In this document: positions 1 to 13,119 of the stretch, one piece after another
Layout of the letters: every line of letters starts with the position of its first letter
Numbering within the stretch: the first letter of the stretch is position 1
From: Mytilus edulis
Taxonomy: Eukaryota
Assembly: GCF_963676685.1 (NCBI RefSeq)
Contig: NC_092355.1
Coordinates: 39,184,001-39,248,000 of the forward strand
Reading direction: 5' to 3'
DNA: 64,000 nucleotides
Made by a program: the position numbers and the translations under genes
Notes under the pieces: model-generated
The model's input: only the letters and a program-made list of their open reading frames with translations
Told to the model about the DNA's origin: nothing
The model's database searches: none

Positions 1-2037
1 CAAAATTTTGGAAAAGAAGGATTTTGTTTTTAAAACATTTGAAAGTATGTCTTAGTGTTATAATGTTTCATAAAGTGCTTTTCAACCTTAACACATGATA
101 TTGTGATACTTTTACTGACAGAAAGTACATAGTTATTCAATTTATAATACAGCACATTTTCTTCAATAGCCTTGAATTATTTTGCACCTTCTTAGTATTA
201 GTTTTTGCATACGGAAACAATTAACTTAAATCTATTTATCTTATCTTTAATGCCAAAACTATAATAAAACACACTTACCGTTTTGAAAGTTTGGCATGTA
301 TATCATGTATATTTCTTTGATATTGCATAAGGATGATTCTTTTTTACTTGATATAAGTGATAAATGCACAGATTGAATCAAAATTATGTTTCCATATCAT
401 GTTATTCCTTAAGTGTCAAAAAATGCATTGGACTTTACATTATGCCAACAACATAGTATAAACCTTTTATATGATACAGAAAAGTCAAATGTGCATGCTT
501 GTTTAGGGATTGTGACCCAACAATTGCTTTGCCTATATACTGCTTCTAAACGTTAGCAACAAAGACAACATATTTTTAGTAGAGCAATAAACAATTGATA
601 TATGTTTAATTGATAACTGTTACAATTACAATTAGACAGTATAACACAAATACTGAACTCAAAGACAAATTAAAAATTTGGAAGTTCAATAAAACCGACC
701 ATATAAATCTTTATCAGCCAACGGAAAGTGAGAAACAATTGTCTCTTTCTTGACTTAGTGCTGGCATTTCAAAATAAAGTTGAGTAAACCTTCCTCTTAT
801 GCTAAAGTGTAAATTGATAAAATTAGGTGAGCAACTCAGAATTACATAATACATTATTGTGACAATAATTGGGACCCAACTGCCAAGCAAAACTGTGTAA
901 GCATACATCAAACATACAGTACAACTGATATAAAAATTCAAACAAGTACATATATTAATCAAGGGAATACGCAACACAGTGTTTGAAAAATAACACACCT
1001 TTGGTCATAGTGTATATTAAATCTCAATTCTCCGAAAATGCCCTCGAGCTCACAAGCCAGTTGTAAATAAGTGTAGTTGGTATAAATGATTTAACCTGTA
1101 AGTAATGCTCGGTATTCCTTAATCCTGTTTATTTTTCATCGAATTTTTTTTAATTGTTATTCTCATTTGTTAAAATAAACAGACGTCAAATTTAGGTCAC
1201 CTTTACACCCACTTCTTAACCGATTTATATGATCTATTTTTACCAATTTAATCTTTTTTGCATGAAATTGAGATAAGACATGTATGAAATTTGATAAAGT
1301 ATCCGAATTAAAAGAATTTAAACAGGATATTATAATCTCAAATGGATGAGTGGATCGTGTTATTTTTACCGTTTAAAAGTGAAAGATGATATTTCATAAA
1401 GATGTTCTGTTTAAAATAAAATAAATAGGCATTCTTGTCAACTTTACTGTGAACGAGTTATTGAAAATAGTTACATCATATTGATAACATGGCAGTCAAC
1501 GTCTAATTAATTAATTTCAATTACTGTTGTCACGGAGCTAATAATACATGTATAAGGCACTGGCTTTAAACACGAATTTTCATATGTACATATTTATTAT
1601 GTACATGTCCATATATATATACACTTTCATTATATTACATTGATCAAGTGAAGGACACATCCATTCTCTAGCACTAAAAATCTGCAACTCTCCCGCATCT
1701 CAACATTTTTATTTTTTTTTATTGTGAAGGCTTTCACTACTTGCATGACTTTTTCACATATTGAATCGTCATTCATCTCCAGATCACACAACTATATAGG
1801 GACAGACTATAAACAAACATAATTATAAATGTTACGGCTTCTTATTATCTTAATCTTAATGATTACAATTAAAACACAGCTGCCTTGTACATTAAATTTA
1901 ACAGACAATCAGACAGTCTGATAAAGTTCACGAAAACAACAAAACTACAAATAATCAATTTCAGCATACAAGACAATAGCTAATTGACACATCATTGATG
2001 ATACACTTGTAGTTCACCTTTTTCCACTTTATCCAAA

Positions 2038-2249
2038 TACTGTGGATTCATTTATTTTCGTGGGTACCAATTTTCGTGGTTGGAGGAAATCTGTTATATT
2101 CGTGGATGTTTAATTTCGTGGTTTTGACAAAGTATGCATATATTCCTTTAGAAAATTTGCAATTCGTTGAATATTTAAATTCGTGTTTTCCCGGTACCCA
2201 TGAAATCCACGAAAATTGGTATCCAACGAATAATAATGAATCCATAGTA
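2038..2249. mobile_element. MITE, TA-flanked (Tc1/mariner-type non-autonomous)
   Basis: Terminal inverted repeats TACTGTGGATTCATT...AATGAATCCATAGTA with internal TTTTCGTGG/CCACGAAAA repeats; related copies at 21197-21943 and 34403-34613. Confidence 0.85.
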
Positions 2250-3709
2250 CAAGTTATTGGTATCTTTCCCATATTAGTATAAATGAATGCATATTATGCT
2301 TATGATACCACTCACAAGAAGTCAACATAAATGCTGATATATGTTCTATGTTATATGATGCATAATGCGATACCAACTACCAAAAACAACGTAATATATA
2401 GGTCAATAAATAAAGTGCCGTCAACAGCAAACAATTGGCCCTACAATATGTCAAGCACAAAACGAACCATTTGAAAATATCTACATGTAAAGTCATCAAT
2501 GAACTAGCACACTACATGACTCTATTCTAGCAAATGCATATACTTTATTTTCTTATATTACCCTCATACAATTCTTCAGTCAATCTCAATCAGTTGGATA
2601 GTAAACATGCATGTAACGAAAAGAATTTTCTTTAAGATCGTAAAAAAAAGCATCATTTAAAAACTGCAGGCTGAGCAACATGAACCCGACTTAAGGCCTG
2701 GGATGATATCATCTGTCTAAAAGGGTAGGCATAGCATGCTCCATATGTAGCATCTGCCTAGTAGCACACGCGAGTACAACCACGATAACAAGCTAACACG
2801 ACTGTGCACAATGTGCCAATTTTTTTTTAAATGTATGCATAAACAAACACATTATGTCTAACTGCAATCAATAAGGACGACAATGGTTAGTTTATCTTAA
2901 AAACACTTGATTTTATAACGTATAATTAACTTGACCACCAATCTAAAAATAAATGTCATTTCTAATTGCATTTTCTTGGTGATTAATATTGCTATGCGTA
3001 ATAGCTCGCATATCACATCTTTAATTTAATTTGTGCATGTTGAATCATACTTCGAAAATAGATACATAGCATTGTAAACACATTGGTGATGTTTCCGTCT
3101 TTGTCCAACCGATATACGTTGTTCAAAATGTTGATTTGTTTTGTTTTATTTGGTTTTCGCTTATTGCTTTATTTGAACCATGTGACATGCAAATTGTACA
3201 CTATGTCGCAAAAGGCGTTTACACACACCAGGAACAAATGATAAACATATTTGATACTACAGTTTTTTCTGATTGCTTTCAGAGCACTTTTGGGTTTTAT
3301 ATCCTTTTGCCAAAGACAACACTGTTCACTTATAAGTTTTAATCTTATCAAAACTCATGCAATTATTTGCTCGATATTTTTTTTTGTTTTATTCAATAAG
3401 ATAAGCATTACTATAATTAAATTGAAGAATGTTTTATAGTGGGACTTAGTCTTTAGTTTTGTGTTATGTGTGATGTTTGATATTTTGAAGTCTTTTATAA
3501 TGTTTGCTCGACTTATGAGTTGAATATCTCTCATATTCCGTACGAACGATTTTCAAACCTCTATCAACGTGCTGACCTGATAATTAATCAAGTAAAAATA
3601 TGATGGTAATCTTTCGCAATGACGACGACATTATAAGGAGAAAATAAAAACGTTTGTAAAAGTTGTACCACCACGTTTTATTTGAAATAATTAATGCAGT
3701 CAAAGACCT

Positions 3710-3912
3710 TATAAATTAACTGAAATAATTACTTTTTTTCGTATTTGTTAACAAGAACATAAATTACAAGAACTTTTTTGTCTGACAAATTATTTGTCTG
3801 CGTGCACACACTTTGGTTAAATGCAAAGACAAACAATTTATCAAACGAAAAGTTCTAATAATTAAATTCATGTAAGCATATTTGAAAACCGTAATTTTGT
3901 CAGTTCATTTAT
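3710..3912. repeat. Imperfect ~200-bp foldback palindrome (decayed MITE-like)
   Basis: ATAAATTAACTGAAATAATTAC pairs with GTAATTTTGTCAGTTCATTTAT; GAACTTTTTTGTCTGACAAATTATTTGTCT pairs with AGACAAACAATTTATCAAACGAAAAGTTC. Confidence 0.6.
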
Positions 3913-4082
3913 TTAATTTAAACAAATCATGTGCACCTTTCATTACTTTTGCATATAATTTCGCACATCACAACTGGCCACCTGCAAGATCAATGAAACA
4001 CTTATATACAGGAGATGACCGTGGACCTCAGTAGTGTTTGCAATTATATTCTCAATAATTTCAAAATCAGTTTTTTACATGA

Positions 4083-4416
4083 TATAAAAAAGAAGATGTG
4101 GTATGATTGCCAATGAGACAACTATTCATAACACACAATCATGACAGAGAAATTAACAACGATAGGTCACCGTACGGCCTCTAACAATGAGCAAAGCCCA
4201 TACCGCATAGACCCCGAAATGACAATGTCAAACAATTCAAACGACAAAACTAACGGCCTTATTTATATAAAAAAATGAACAAAAAACAAATATGTAGCAC
4301 ATAAACAAACGACAACCACTGAATTACATCTTGACTTGGGACAGGCACATACATACATAATGTGGCGGGTTTAAATATGTTAGCGGGATCCCAACCCTCC
4401 CTCTAACCTGGGACAG
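4083..4416 (+). repeat. Interspersed repeat family A (AAGAAGATGTGGTATGATTGCCAATGAGACAAC head)
   Basis: Near-identical to 51146-51496; variants at 36308-36722 (+), 15360-15507 (-), 23190-23300 (-) and 43640-43790 (+). Confidence 0.85.
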
Positions 4417-4927
4417 ATGTTCATCGGACATTTTTAAAAACAAACTCATTTTGGTCGTATAGGTCGTACCGCTCCTATGTGTTTATAAATTTCAGGCTTT
4501 CAAATGTATAGCTGAAAATATAGGAAACTTTGCGGTTTTATATATTAACAGTTTTTGAATCACTTCATGGCAAACTAAAGACGTGTCTGTGTCGCTTTTG
4601 TTGTTTTGTTTGACAGTAAATGCGTGGTCTCATTTTTTTGGGACGGACACAACTCCATTTAATTTGTAGATTTAACCTTTAAATGATTTACGACAAATGA
4701 TTAATATTAATAGCAGTCAAGGTGCATACATGGTAAATTGCACACACAACATCATCAAAGCAGAACAGTTACAAATGAGATAGTTATTTATTTGTGTGTG
4801 GTATGATTTGTTGTGCTTCATCTAAAAATAATTGAAAATAAAGTGTAAATGTATAAAAATCATAAGACATTGTCAAGTTACCTCTGTGTTATCGGAACAT
4901 GTTTAAGACCAGAATGAATACTCAGAA

Positions 4928-5086
4928 AAAAGTAAAATCACAAAAATACTGAACCTAGAGGAAAATCAATTCGGAAAGTCCATAATCACATGGCAAAATC
5001 ATATAACAATACGCATAAAAAACGAATGGACAAGAACTGTCATATTCCTGACTTGGTACAGGCATTTTCAAATATAGAAAATGGTA
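4928..5086 (+). repeat. Interspersed repeat family B (AAGTAAAATCACAAAAATACTGAAC...CCTGACTTGGTACAGG)
   Basis: Second copy at 18915-19115; fragments at ~640-700 and 45700-45830 (-). Confidence 0.75.
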
Positions 5087-5760
5087 ATAGGTCTTGAAAT
5101 TTATTCAATTTAATGTAACTGTGTTTCTTTATGAAGCATAACGTTTAAAGAAATGCAGATTCAAGTATCTGATCTGATAAAATATGGAAATAAAGGTATC
5201 TGTTTTATTTTGAAGGCAAAAATGCTGTACAAAAATAGAATCATTATTTCAGTGAACAACAAACAAAATTAGCTTGGCATTTTGGCATTTTGACATTTTG
5301 ACATTTTGCATACAAATCTTTTAACCAACATATCGCCCACTAGTATTTTTAAGATTTATTAAAAAAAAAAAAAAAAAAAAAATGTTAATTGTTTTTTCTA
5401 CTTATTGCGATATGTATCATTTTATCATATAATCATATCAGATGCATTAAAAAAGAGCGATTTTTTGTTTTATTTTTTTACATGTGCATCTGCTAATAAA
5501 ATGCATATTATCAATACAAAACACCTAAGAGTTTTAGTTTTGTAATTAAAAATGGGGAAACAAAAGATTGATACACTTCAAAATGACCCATACCCCGGAA
5601 CGATAAAATAACAACATCATACAATTAATTTATAGAGGCTACCAATCGCCCCTTAGAAATAGACCAAATTATTTAGCTCTTATATCAGTCGTTGTACATC
5701 CATATTTTCGTTAAATTCTTGGCTGTATTTTATTATCTTATGTGACCTTTAAATTATAGT

Positions 5761-7230
5761 TCTTTATTTGCAAAGCAAACAGAAACCAATTTTGGTTATG
5801 GCAAATACATAGACAAAACAAACATAATGACAACTCGACAGAATTATAAAAGTTCTGATAAAAACAGTTATTGGTTTCCTTTCCTCAGTTCTAATGTCTC
5901 TTTAATAAAAGAAACAACTGCTTTTACATCATTTGGTGTTGATGGATTTAGTATAATCACGTGTTTATCAGTAAAATTAAGTGTATTAAAATTTACATAT
6001 TTTTGTAAATAATATTTAAGAAAGATTTCTCTTTTATTTTTATTAATTTTACAGTTAAAGGAAAAATGGAATTCATCGTCTAAGATATTACATATTTTAC
6101 ATTATTCTAAATATGGTAAAAAAAATTTTCTTGTTTCTTTATTTGCGTACGATAGGTAGTATTTCATTTGGTCATTTATATTAGATTAAGAAATTTATAT
6201 AAATATATATTTTATTATTTTCGTTTAATTTATTTATTTTATCATTAATAAGAGTTTGATAATAAGTTAATATAACCTTTTTTTAATTGGGGTTTTAACT
6301 TTTTAGTCTGCTTTAAAGTTTTAGTTTCCTCAATAAGTTTGATGTCAATATTTATATCTTTTGGCACATTTTTTTTGCAAACGTATACCAAGTGTACGTT
6401 CCCTTAGTACAATGTATCTATTTTTTTTTAGATAATTTAAAGGCTTAATTAAGAAGGGGGTTTAAATTTTCATTATTTAATCTAGATAGGTACATCATAG
6501 TATCAATTTATTCATTTTCGCATTAGTTTGTAAACCAAACCATTAGAGCAAGTGGACAGGTATAAATTGTGTTATTAAGTTATTTGTGTAGCTTGAGTTT
6601 ATAGACTGACTTTTAAACACCTTCTCAAACATAATAGAAGCTTGTGAAGACCTCTATTTATATTTAAAGCTTCATATACTGATTCCAAATGACTTAAACT
6701 ATATAAATTATAAACAAGGATCAATGTAGAATTCAATTAGTAGGAAATTTTAGTTTTATTTACAAAAATAGATATTTATTAAACATAACTGGTGAGCAGA
6801 TGCTATTATATTTTTTTTCGACATTTGCTGTAAGTAGTAAAATACCAGAATTGTCACAATAGTCATATTATCTTCGTCATTAATTTAGCCAGAAATCAAA
6901 GGCCTCCAGATTATTTTCACGTGTATAATGGCTTTAACTCATTGGACCAAATTGAATGTATAGGCTCTAGTCGAACAGTTGAAAACATATATATGTAATG
7001 CTGACGGGTACCTTTCCAAATTTGAAGATAAAAATGAAGTTTAAAATAAAACTTTTAATTACCAAACCCCGGGACCCTAGGAAATTTAAATTCCATGAGT
7101 GTTTTTTCCTTCTATTAACGATAGTATGCAAACTTGCTGAAAGCGTCAACCAAGCAACATTCCTTCTTATAGATATACTTAACACGATTGAGGTAAAAGT
7201 ACGTTCAAAACTTATTATTGGGTGTCTCCA
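5761..7230 (-). mobile_element. Decayed non-LTR retrotransposon (LINE) ORF2 3' part, RTEX-like C-terminal CCHC knuckle
   Basis: The minus strand around 6100-5870 reads CKICNILDDEFHFSFNCKINKNKREIFLKYYLQKYVNFNTLNFTDKHVIILNPSTPNDVKAVVSFIKETLELRKGNQ*. A frameshifted EFKF-LG (YKYLG-like RT motif) lies near 7080, and a 3' UTR with AATAAA ends near 5765. Many stops; the 5' limit is approximate. Confidence 0.75.
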
Positions 7231-7239
7231 AATGAAGTG

Positions 7240-7293
7240 AAATAATAACCAATGACGAGAAATTAAAAAATTCCTCGTCATTGGTTATTATTT
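7240..7293. other. Perfect 20-bp inverted repeat with 14-nt loop
   Basis: AAATAATAACCAATGACGAG (7240-7259) is the exact reverse complement of CTCGTCATTGGTTATTATTT (7274-7293). Confidence 0.95.
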
Positions 7294-7384
7294 TGATTTT
7301 GATAAAAATACAAATTTTTGAGACATTTGTTTTATATTTCATGTGATTCATGTAGAGCAGGTAATGTATGGCGTTCTTAAATTC

Positions 7385-10300
7385 CATTTACTAGGACGCT
7401 ATTATTTCAAGAACTCCAAATAGTGAAGTTGAAGTCATCCCTTCCTAAAATAACAGTACGCAATAATGAGTTAGTTAAGGGCATATCCAATAGTTTCAGG
7501 GGAGGTAATAACAAACGTAAACGTCGTCTATTGTTTCCCGTAATTAAACGTTGTTTCAACGACGTCATAACGAAATCACCATTGGAATTGCTGGAAAGGG
7601 AGGGTTCTTTCATCAAAGGAAAGGGCACGGCGGAAATCGGCAAAAAACTCATACAGAATATTAACAGAAATAGAACTCAAATGTTAAAGATATTTTTGTC
7701 CTCTTGTTCTATCATAAAAGAACTGCAATTATCTTGATCATTATAGACCATACTCACTTAAGTTTCCGTTTTATTGAAATTATCTTCAATACATGCAGTA
7801 GGGAACAACGAGAACAAATGCGTAATGATTTATTATTTCATTAGAATGCAAATTGTAATTAATTCTTTAACAAACTTTTCCGAGATTTTGTCATTCAGAA
7901 TAGAAAACTCAAAGTTTGGTTTTACTTGAGAAAGATGAAAAAAAAAAGGTTTCTTGAGAAAAATAAAATAAGGCGTAAACTAACATTTATCATGCATATA
8001 GCTTTGCGTTGAAGTGCTATCAATGTACAATAGCTCTTTAAATGAATACGACCTTTAACTGGTAAACAATGTAAAACAAAAGATGACACTGAAAAAAAAA
8101 TCATGAAATAGGAAAACATTGTCATATATACACTGACATACAAGTAGAAAATATCTGACGATTTTGTATACTTATGTATGAGGACACAAATATAATTTAG
8201 CAAAAAAAAAAAAAAAAAAAAAAACGGTGTAGAGTTGTGTAGGTCTTGATTTATTAGACACGCCTTCATAAAATCAGCGGGTACATAATAGGATAGGGAA
8301 AAAAAACCAGTTATCGAAATACTATATTTCAAAATTGGGAAGGGGAGGCTAATAGCTTACCTCAAGATTTTGATCTTATTCAACTTTATTTTAGTACGGC
8401 ATACGTTTTACCGCTAGCAAACTCTTTATCTTAATAATGTATCAATGCTTTACTTCAGATCCCCTTTCGCCTCGTCGTAAATATGCGTGATATATTTGCC
8501 ACTGGAGCACGGGAGCAATCAATTTATTAGTTTCATATAGTGATGCATAATCATTAGGTCTCAACTGATAATTGCCTCAAACAGTTTTTCAGTTTTGGTA
8601 TTTTATTTTTATTTTTATTTTGTTTTTAAACGAAAATTTTAGACTTTCTTTCCGCATTTTTTTCTTTGAATTCATCTGTTTGAATAATCAATAATAATAT
8701 AGTAGTTTACGTCAGTGGTTACATTGTATGCAGCCAAACTAGGTGGAAGGCAGTAGAACAGAAAACAATCTCCATTGTGTACATATGCAATAACTCATAT
8801 ATTGAAACGGAAAACAACGGCCCTTTCGTTTATTCTCAATGTATTGTCTTACTGATCTCTTTTGTTAAATACATTTATTTTTTTCATCTACAACTGCAAA
8901 AGGCGCAACAGATGTGTTAAAATCAGCAATGTGACTTATTTGAAGATTCATGTGACCTTTGTTGTTGTTTAGATATTTTATTCGATGTTCGTATATCCCT
9001 CCAACCATTTATTTAGATGGTTTTTTAACGTATAGATAGCGCGAAACTCTCACTGCACTATGCATCGGATATAAGACATTTTTATTTCGACTTAACAAGG
9101 CTGCACATTTATACATCCGAGCAGCTAAACGGCCGCACCCAATTTTAGCAAAGATATACTGTCGGACTGGAGAAGTCTAGAGATGTGAATATTTCCATAC
9201 CCAAATCAATCCTTTTGTTTTGAAAAAGATTTAAAAGGTATACATTAATACGACAGCAAACCAACGATCATATAATTCGAAACACTTAGAGTCAACATAC
9301 ATTTTTGTTATAGCTAGAAGCCTATAAAGAATAAAAAGCCCGAAACTGCAAAATGAATAAATAATACGGAGTCAGTGAGTTTTTAGACAAGTGTTTGGTT
9401 GCAAAATTTTACGTGCTCTTTGTTAATTTTGATATGTGAAATTATAGACGGTGTAATATAAATCAGTATAAGCAAAACGCTTCATTGTAAAGTAACGGTA
9501 AAATAAATAATGATTATTGATGACAGACGTCAAATGGCATACTAAATGAATATTCAGAACAAAAACATCAAATGGAAATATAATATAAAAAAGTAACCCT
9601 GCTTTGCACTATAGACCGAGACACAGAAACGGATTTCGAACGTGTAATACTCTTATTTTAAAAGAGGGATGAAAAAAAACCAGAGGGACTATTTTAATAG
9701 TCTGTAATTCCACGGTTTGTATGTTTCACACCCGGGTTTCACAATTTTGACGAATACAATAATAAAACTAACTGAATTGTTTTCTCGTCCAGATACTGGT
9801 TTAATATAAATAAGAAGATGCGATATGAGTGCTATCGAAACAACTACCCAACAAAGTCACACTGTAAATACATTTGTCTGCCACACCGTCGCACTGACTT
9901 TGGAAATTAGCGGGGAAATATAACGTTATTTTCGGAAACGTCTTAATTTTTGAGGCTCACGGGAGGAATTGAGTAAACAATATTATATTTCTCAATTTTT
10001 CTCAAAAACAAGTATGGTGACAAATATTTTTCAAAACGTTATGACGTTTCATTTTTTTCAAAGAATAACATATCTTACTTTGGCCAAATCGACACCGTAA
10101 GAAATATTTAAAAAAATCAAAAATGTGCATTTCAAATGTTCATTTTTTGCCGTTGTTTGGGTCCACCATAACGTTTTTGGCTTTATTTGAGTAAGAATTA
10201 ATGCTTTAAATGGTAAAGTTAGATTTTTCTTACCATCTTGAATTATTTTGCTTCAAATTGAGCCCAATTATTTAAGTATATATTGATTAAAAAATCATAT

Positions 10301-10830
10301 TTAATTTTTTTAAATAAAAAACGTTTTTTACTCCAAAATTGCAAAAATGTTCAATTTTCAGCAGCATTTTTTGCAAAAACGAAATCGACAACATATATTT
10401 TTTTTGACAAAATTTGATTCTCTGGCAATTGAAGAATAAAATATCTTAAAGGGAAAAATTTCTCACCGCCAGAAATAAACTGTTGGATATGCCCTTAAAA
10501 AGTTATAGAATATACGTTTCACAATGAGCGAATGTGTTCCTAATGTCGTAACTATAAAAAATGTATAAAACCGTTCAATATTCACGAATGTGACTTCCGA
10601 ATTAGACTTATTACCGGGTTTTAATAAGCAAATGCAACACGACGGATCCCACATTTGCAGCAGGATTTGCTACATCTCCGAATCACCCTGAGTTCCTGAT
10701 ACTTAGTTTTCAGTTTTCTATGATGTGTTTTGTTTTGATTTTCTATTGATCTCTTTTGTTTTAGACACGATTTTGTGAATTTATTTTCGACTTATGAGTT
10801 CGAATGTCCTTCTGGTATCTTTTTCTACTA
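7385..10830 (+). mobile_element. Decayed Penelope-like (Naiad-type) element 3' fragment, split by a 3-kb insertion
   Basis: 7385-7478 translates as TRTLLFQELQIVKLKSSLPKITVRNNELV, matching TRKLLNQEFQMVKLKSSLRKFYGRHHELV at ~14520-14610. Homology resumes right after 10498 (AAGTTATAGAATATACGTTTCACAATGA vs CCGTTATGGAATAACCGTTTCACAAATGA) and continues to ~10830. Confidence 0.85.
7479..10494. mobile_element. 3.0-kb non-autonomous TIR DNA transposon with TTAA TSD (Kolobok-like termini)
   Basis: TTAA (7475-78) + GGGCATATCCAATAGTTT ... AAACTGTTGGATATGCCC + TTAA (10495-98); 17/18-bp TIR; removing it rejoins the Penelope-like fragment; no transposase ORF. Confidence 0.85.
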
Positions 10831-12018
10831 ATTTACCCTATTTCACTAGTTTTAGAAGTCATGCTAATCCCTCGAGGTTTGTTCGAATATACATTTTAAA
10901 CGATTTATCAGATTTGAACATCGGTTTAACAAGTAGTTACACCATATAATAAGAGATTTAAATAACTGAATAGATTATCCCTGACTTCTAAATATATGTA
11001 ATAATGTTTTTCCCACTTAAATTAAAGAACTTTGTCTTTCAATAGAAGTGCACGAGAAAATGTAATTGTTTACCAAAAAAGACAACCTTGCACGATTTTT
11101 TCTGGGTGAAGTAGTTATCAAATAAGTGTAGACAATTCTATTTTTAAGTTCACAAAGTGGTTACTACCGCTGTTACTTTCATTATTCACCCTTTTTTAGG
11201 TTATAAATACAAGGTCGAATGTTGTTTACAACAATTCTCGAGTATTTAGGTTAATTGACATGTATTCTTGTGATAATGTTGATATGCTTTTTAATAAACA
11301 CAAAGTGCAAATCTTAAATACTAATTTAGAAATTATTAGGAGACTGAAGTTCGTACATCTTCCAACAAATTGGAATTTATTTGAATGTGAATATTTTGTT
11401 AAGGTTCTTTGCGGTTAAGATTTAAATGAATTTCGGCAATGCCTGGCTATGACATGTTCGTTTTTGATTAGGTTCGTTAGAAAAAGCACTTCAAATACTA
11501 GACATAGATCAAAACTTATGTCATTGATGAGGACTGTGTCGTAAACGGTGCTAATGCATTGTCAGTTACCAAGGGTGTCATCTCAGAAGACACTGTTGCC
11601 GTAGTGGCATGATAACAATATAAATTCATGTTCAATTCACCATTCAGAAATTATCAAGAAAGAAACTCCCAAAACAAAGTTGATTTTGAAAAAAAAATAA
11701 CTTATGTTTGTTCGTCCCTTTACAAACACTTTGGTCATCTACCTGTTCATGCACATCGATACTTATACGTTCTTGGTCTTCAAATTTTTGCCTGTTCCCT
11801 TCATGTTTAAGGTAAATTGAAAACAAAAGCTTTGACAATTATGAAGTGTTCATTTTCGTTTTTTTTTCTCTTGAACATTATTAACAGTTATGTGAAACGA
11901 TTGCAAATTTAGATTTCATCAGCAATATTTCTCACAATGACATTTTGATATAACCCATATATATATATGGTCTGCAGTGGAACACTTCTTAATTTGGCCG
12001 TTAAAACATTTTTTTTAT

Positions 12019-12105
12019 TCAAGCGACACTGAATAGTCTTATTTTAGACGAAACACGACTCTGGCACTATAACAAAATTTCAATCCTGGTATATATAATG
12101 TCTTT
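12019..12105 (+). repeat. Retrozyme fragment with mutated hammerhead
   Basis: GCGACA CTGAATA GTCT TATTT AGAC GAAA CACGAC TC TGGCAC; same family as 62291-62337, but the core CTGATGA is changed to CTGAATA. Confidence 0.75.
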
Positions 12106-12234
12106 TATTTATCTCGACTTAAGAAAATACGGGCAAACAGTTGAATATAAACATATACCCTGTTTATTCTTCGAATACATAATTGCAATGACGCTTTTTT
12201 TTGTAAGATAATATGGATTCATAATAACATGAAA

Positions 12235-12840
12235 CGCGGTAAAGGCGCCTATTGAAAATGAAACGACTACATCTGAAACAAAAAGTTACAAAAGACAACC
12301 CAAAACGACAATGATCATTGAATGTAGTTCCACAACTTACATGTAGCTGTTGGTATACAACGAAGATATGAAAAACTATAATTTCAAATACAAGAAAGTC
12401 AGTAAAACTTCATGTAGTGGTCTCATAACTTTCTTGCAATTTTTAAATTATCAACATTCAGGATTACATCGTGGAACGTTAAAAGCATTACATTGTATTT
12501 GAGGTATCGTTTTTCTAGTTATCTGCGAAAGCATCCAATTGTTTAATTCAAATCCGAAAAAGACAAGACAGTACTGCAATTAATATGGTTATACAAAACA
12601 ATTATTAGGTTTCTCATTTGATGACAGCAAAAAAGACACAATTTATATGTCATTTCAAATCCATTACTATAAAGCGTATTTTGAAAGTAAATACTCATAT
12701 TTTATCAAAACGTATTGCTTTTTTTGGAGTAATAGCATACATATTTATTAGTTATATGTACACTTGATATAGTGGTCTCAAAGCCGCGGTAAAGGCGCCT
12801 ATTGAAAATGAAACGACTACATCTGAAACAAAAAGTTACA
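12235..12840 (+). repeat. Exact 56-bp direct repeat, 550 bp apart
   Basis: CGCGGTAAAGGCGCCTATTGAAAATGAAACGACTACATCTGAAACAAAAAGTTACA at 12235-12290 and 12785-12840. Confidence 0.95.
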
Positions 12841-13119
12841 TAAAACAGCAATTTCGTGAGCTTGTCAATTCCACTACTGTTCTGAGCATATTAATGACAT
12901 CGCAACAGCATATGGTTAATAAATGCAATTATTACAGACAACTGCTCTGAAAATAAGTGACAGGTTTTTTTTAAAATTGTTAACATTAAAAAAAACTCTC
13001 ATTGGAAATATGCAGATTTCAATAAATAAAAAAAAAAAACACTTACTGCTTAACCCAAATGTATCAAGACATTGTATACACAACATTCATGGTTATAAAA
13101 AAAGTTATAAATCATGATA

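Noticed and set aside
7407-8332. ORFs of 81, 104 and 136 aa as a transposase of the TTAA element
   Set aside because: They run across the element boundary or through poly-A/T tracts and show no DDE or THAP motifs.
11518-11566. Hammerhead-like string TTGATGAG GAC TGT GTC GTAA ACGGTGC TAAT GCATTGT C
   Set aside because: Two core positions are wrong and stem I cannot form; likely chance.
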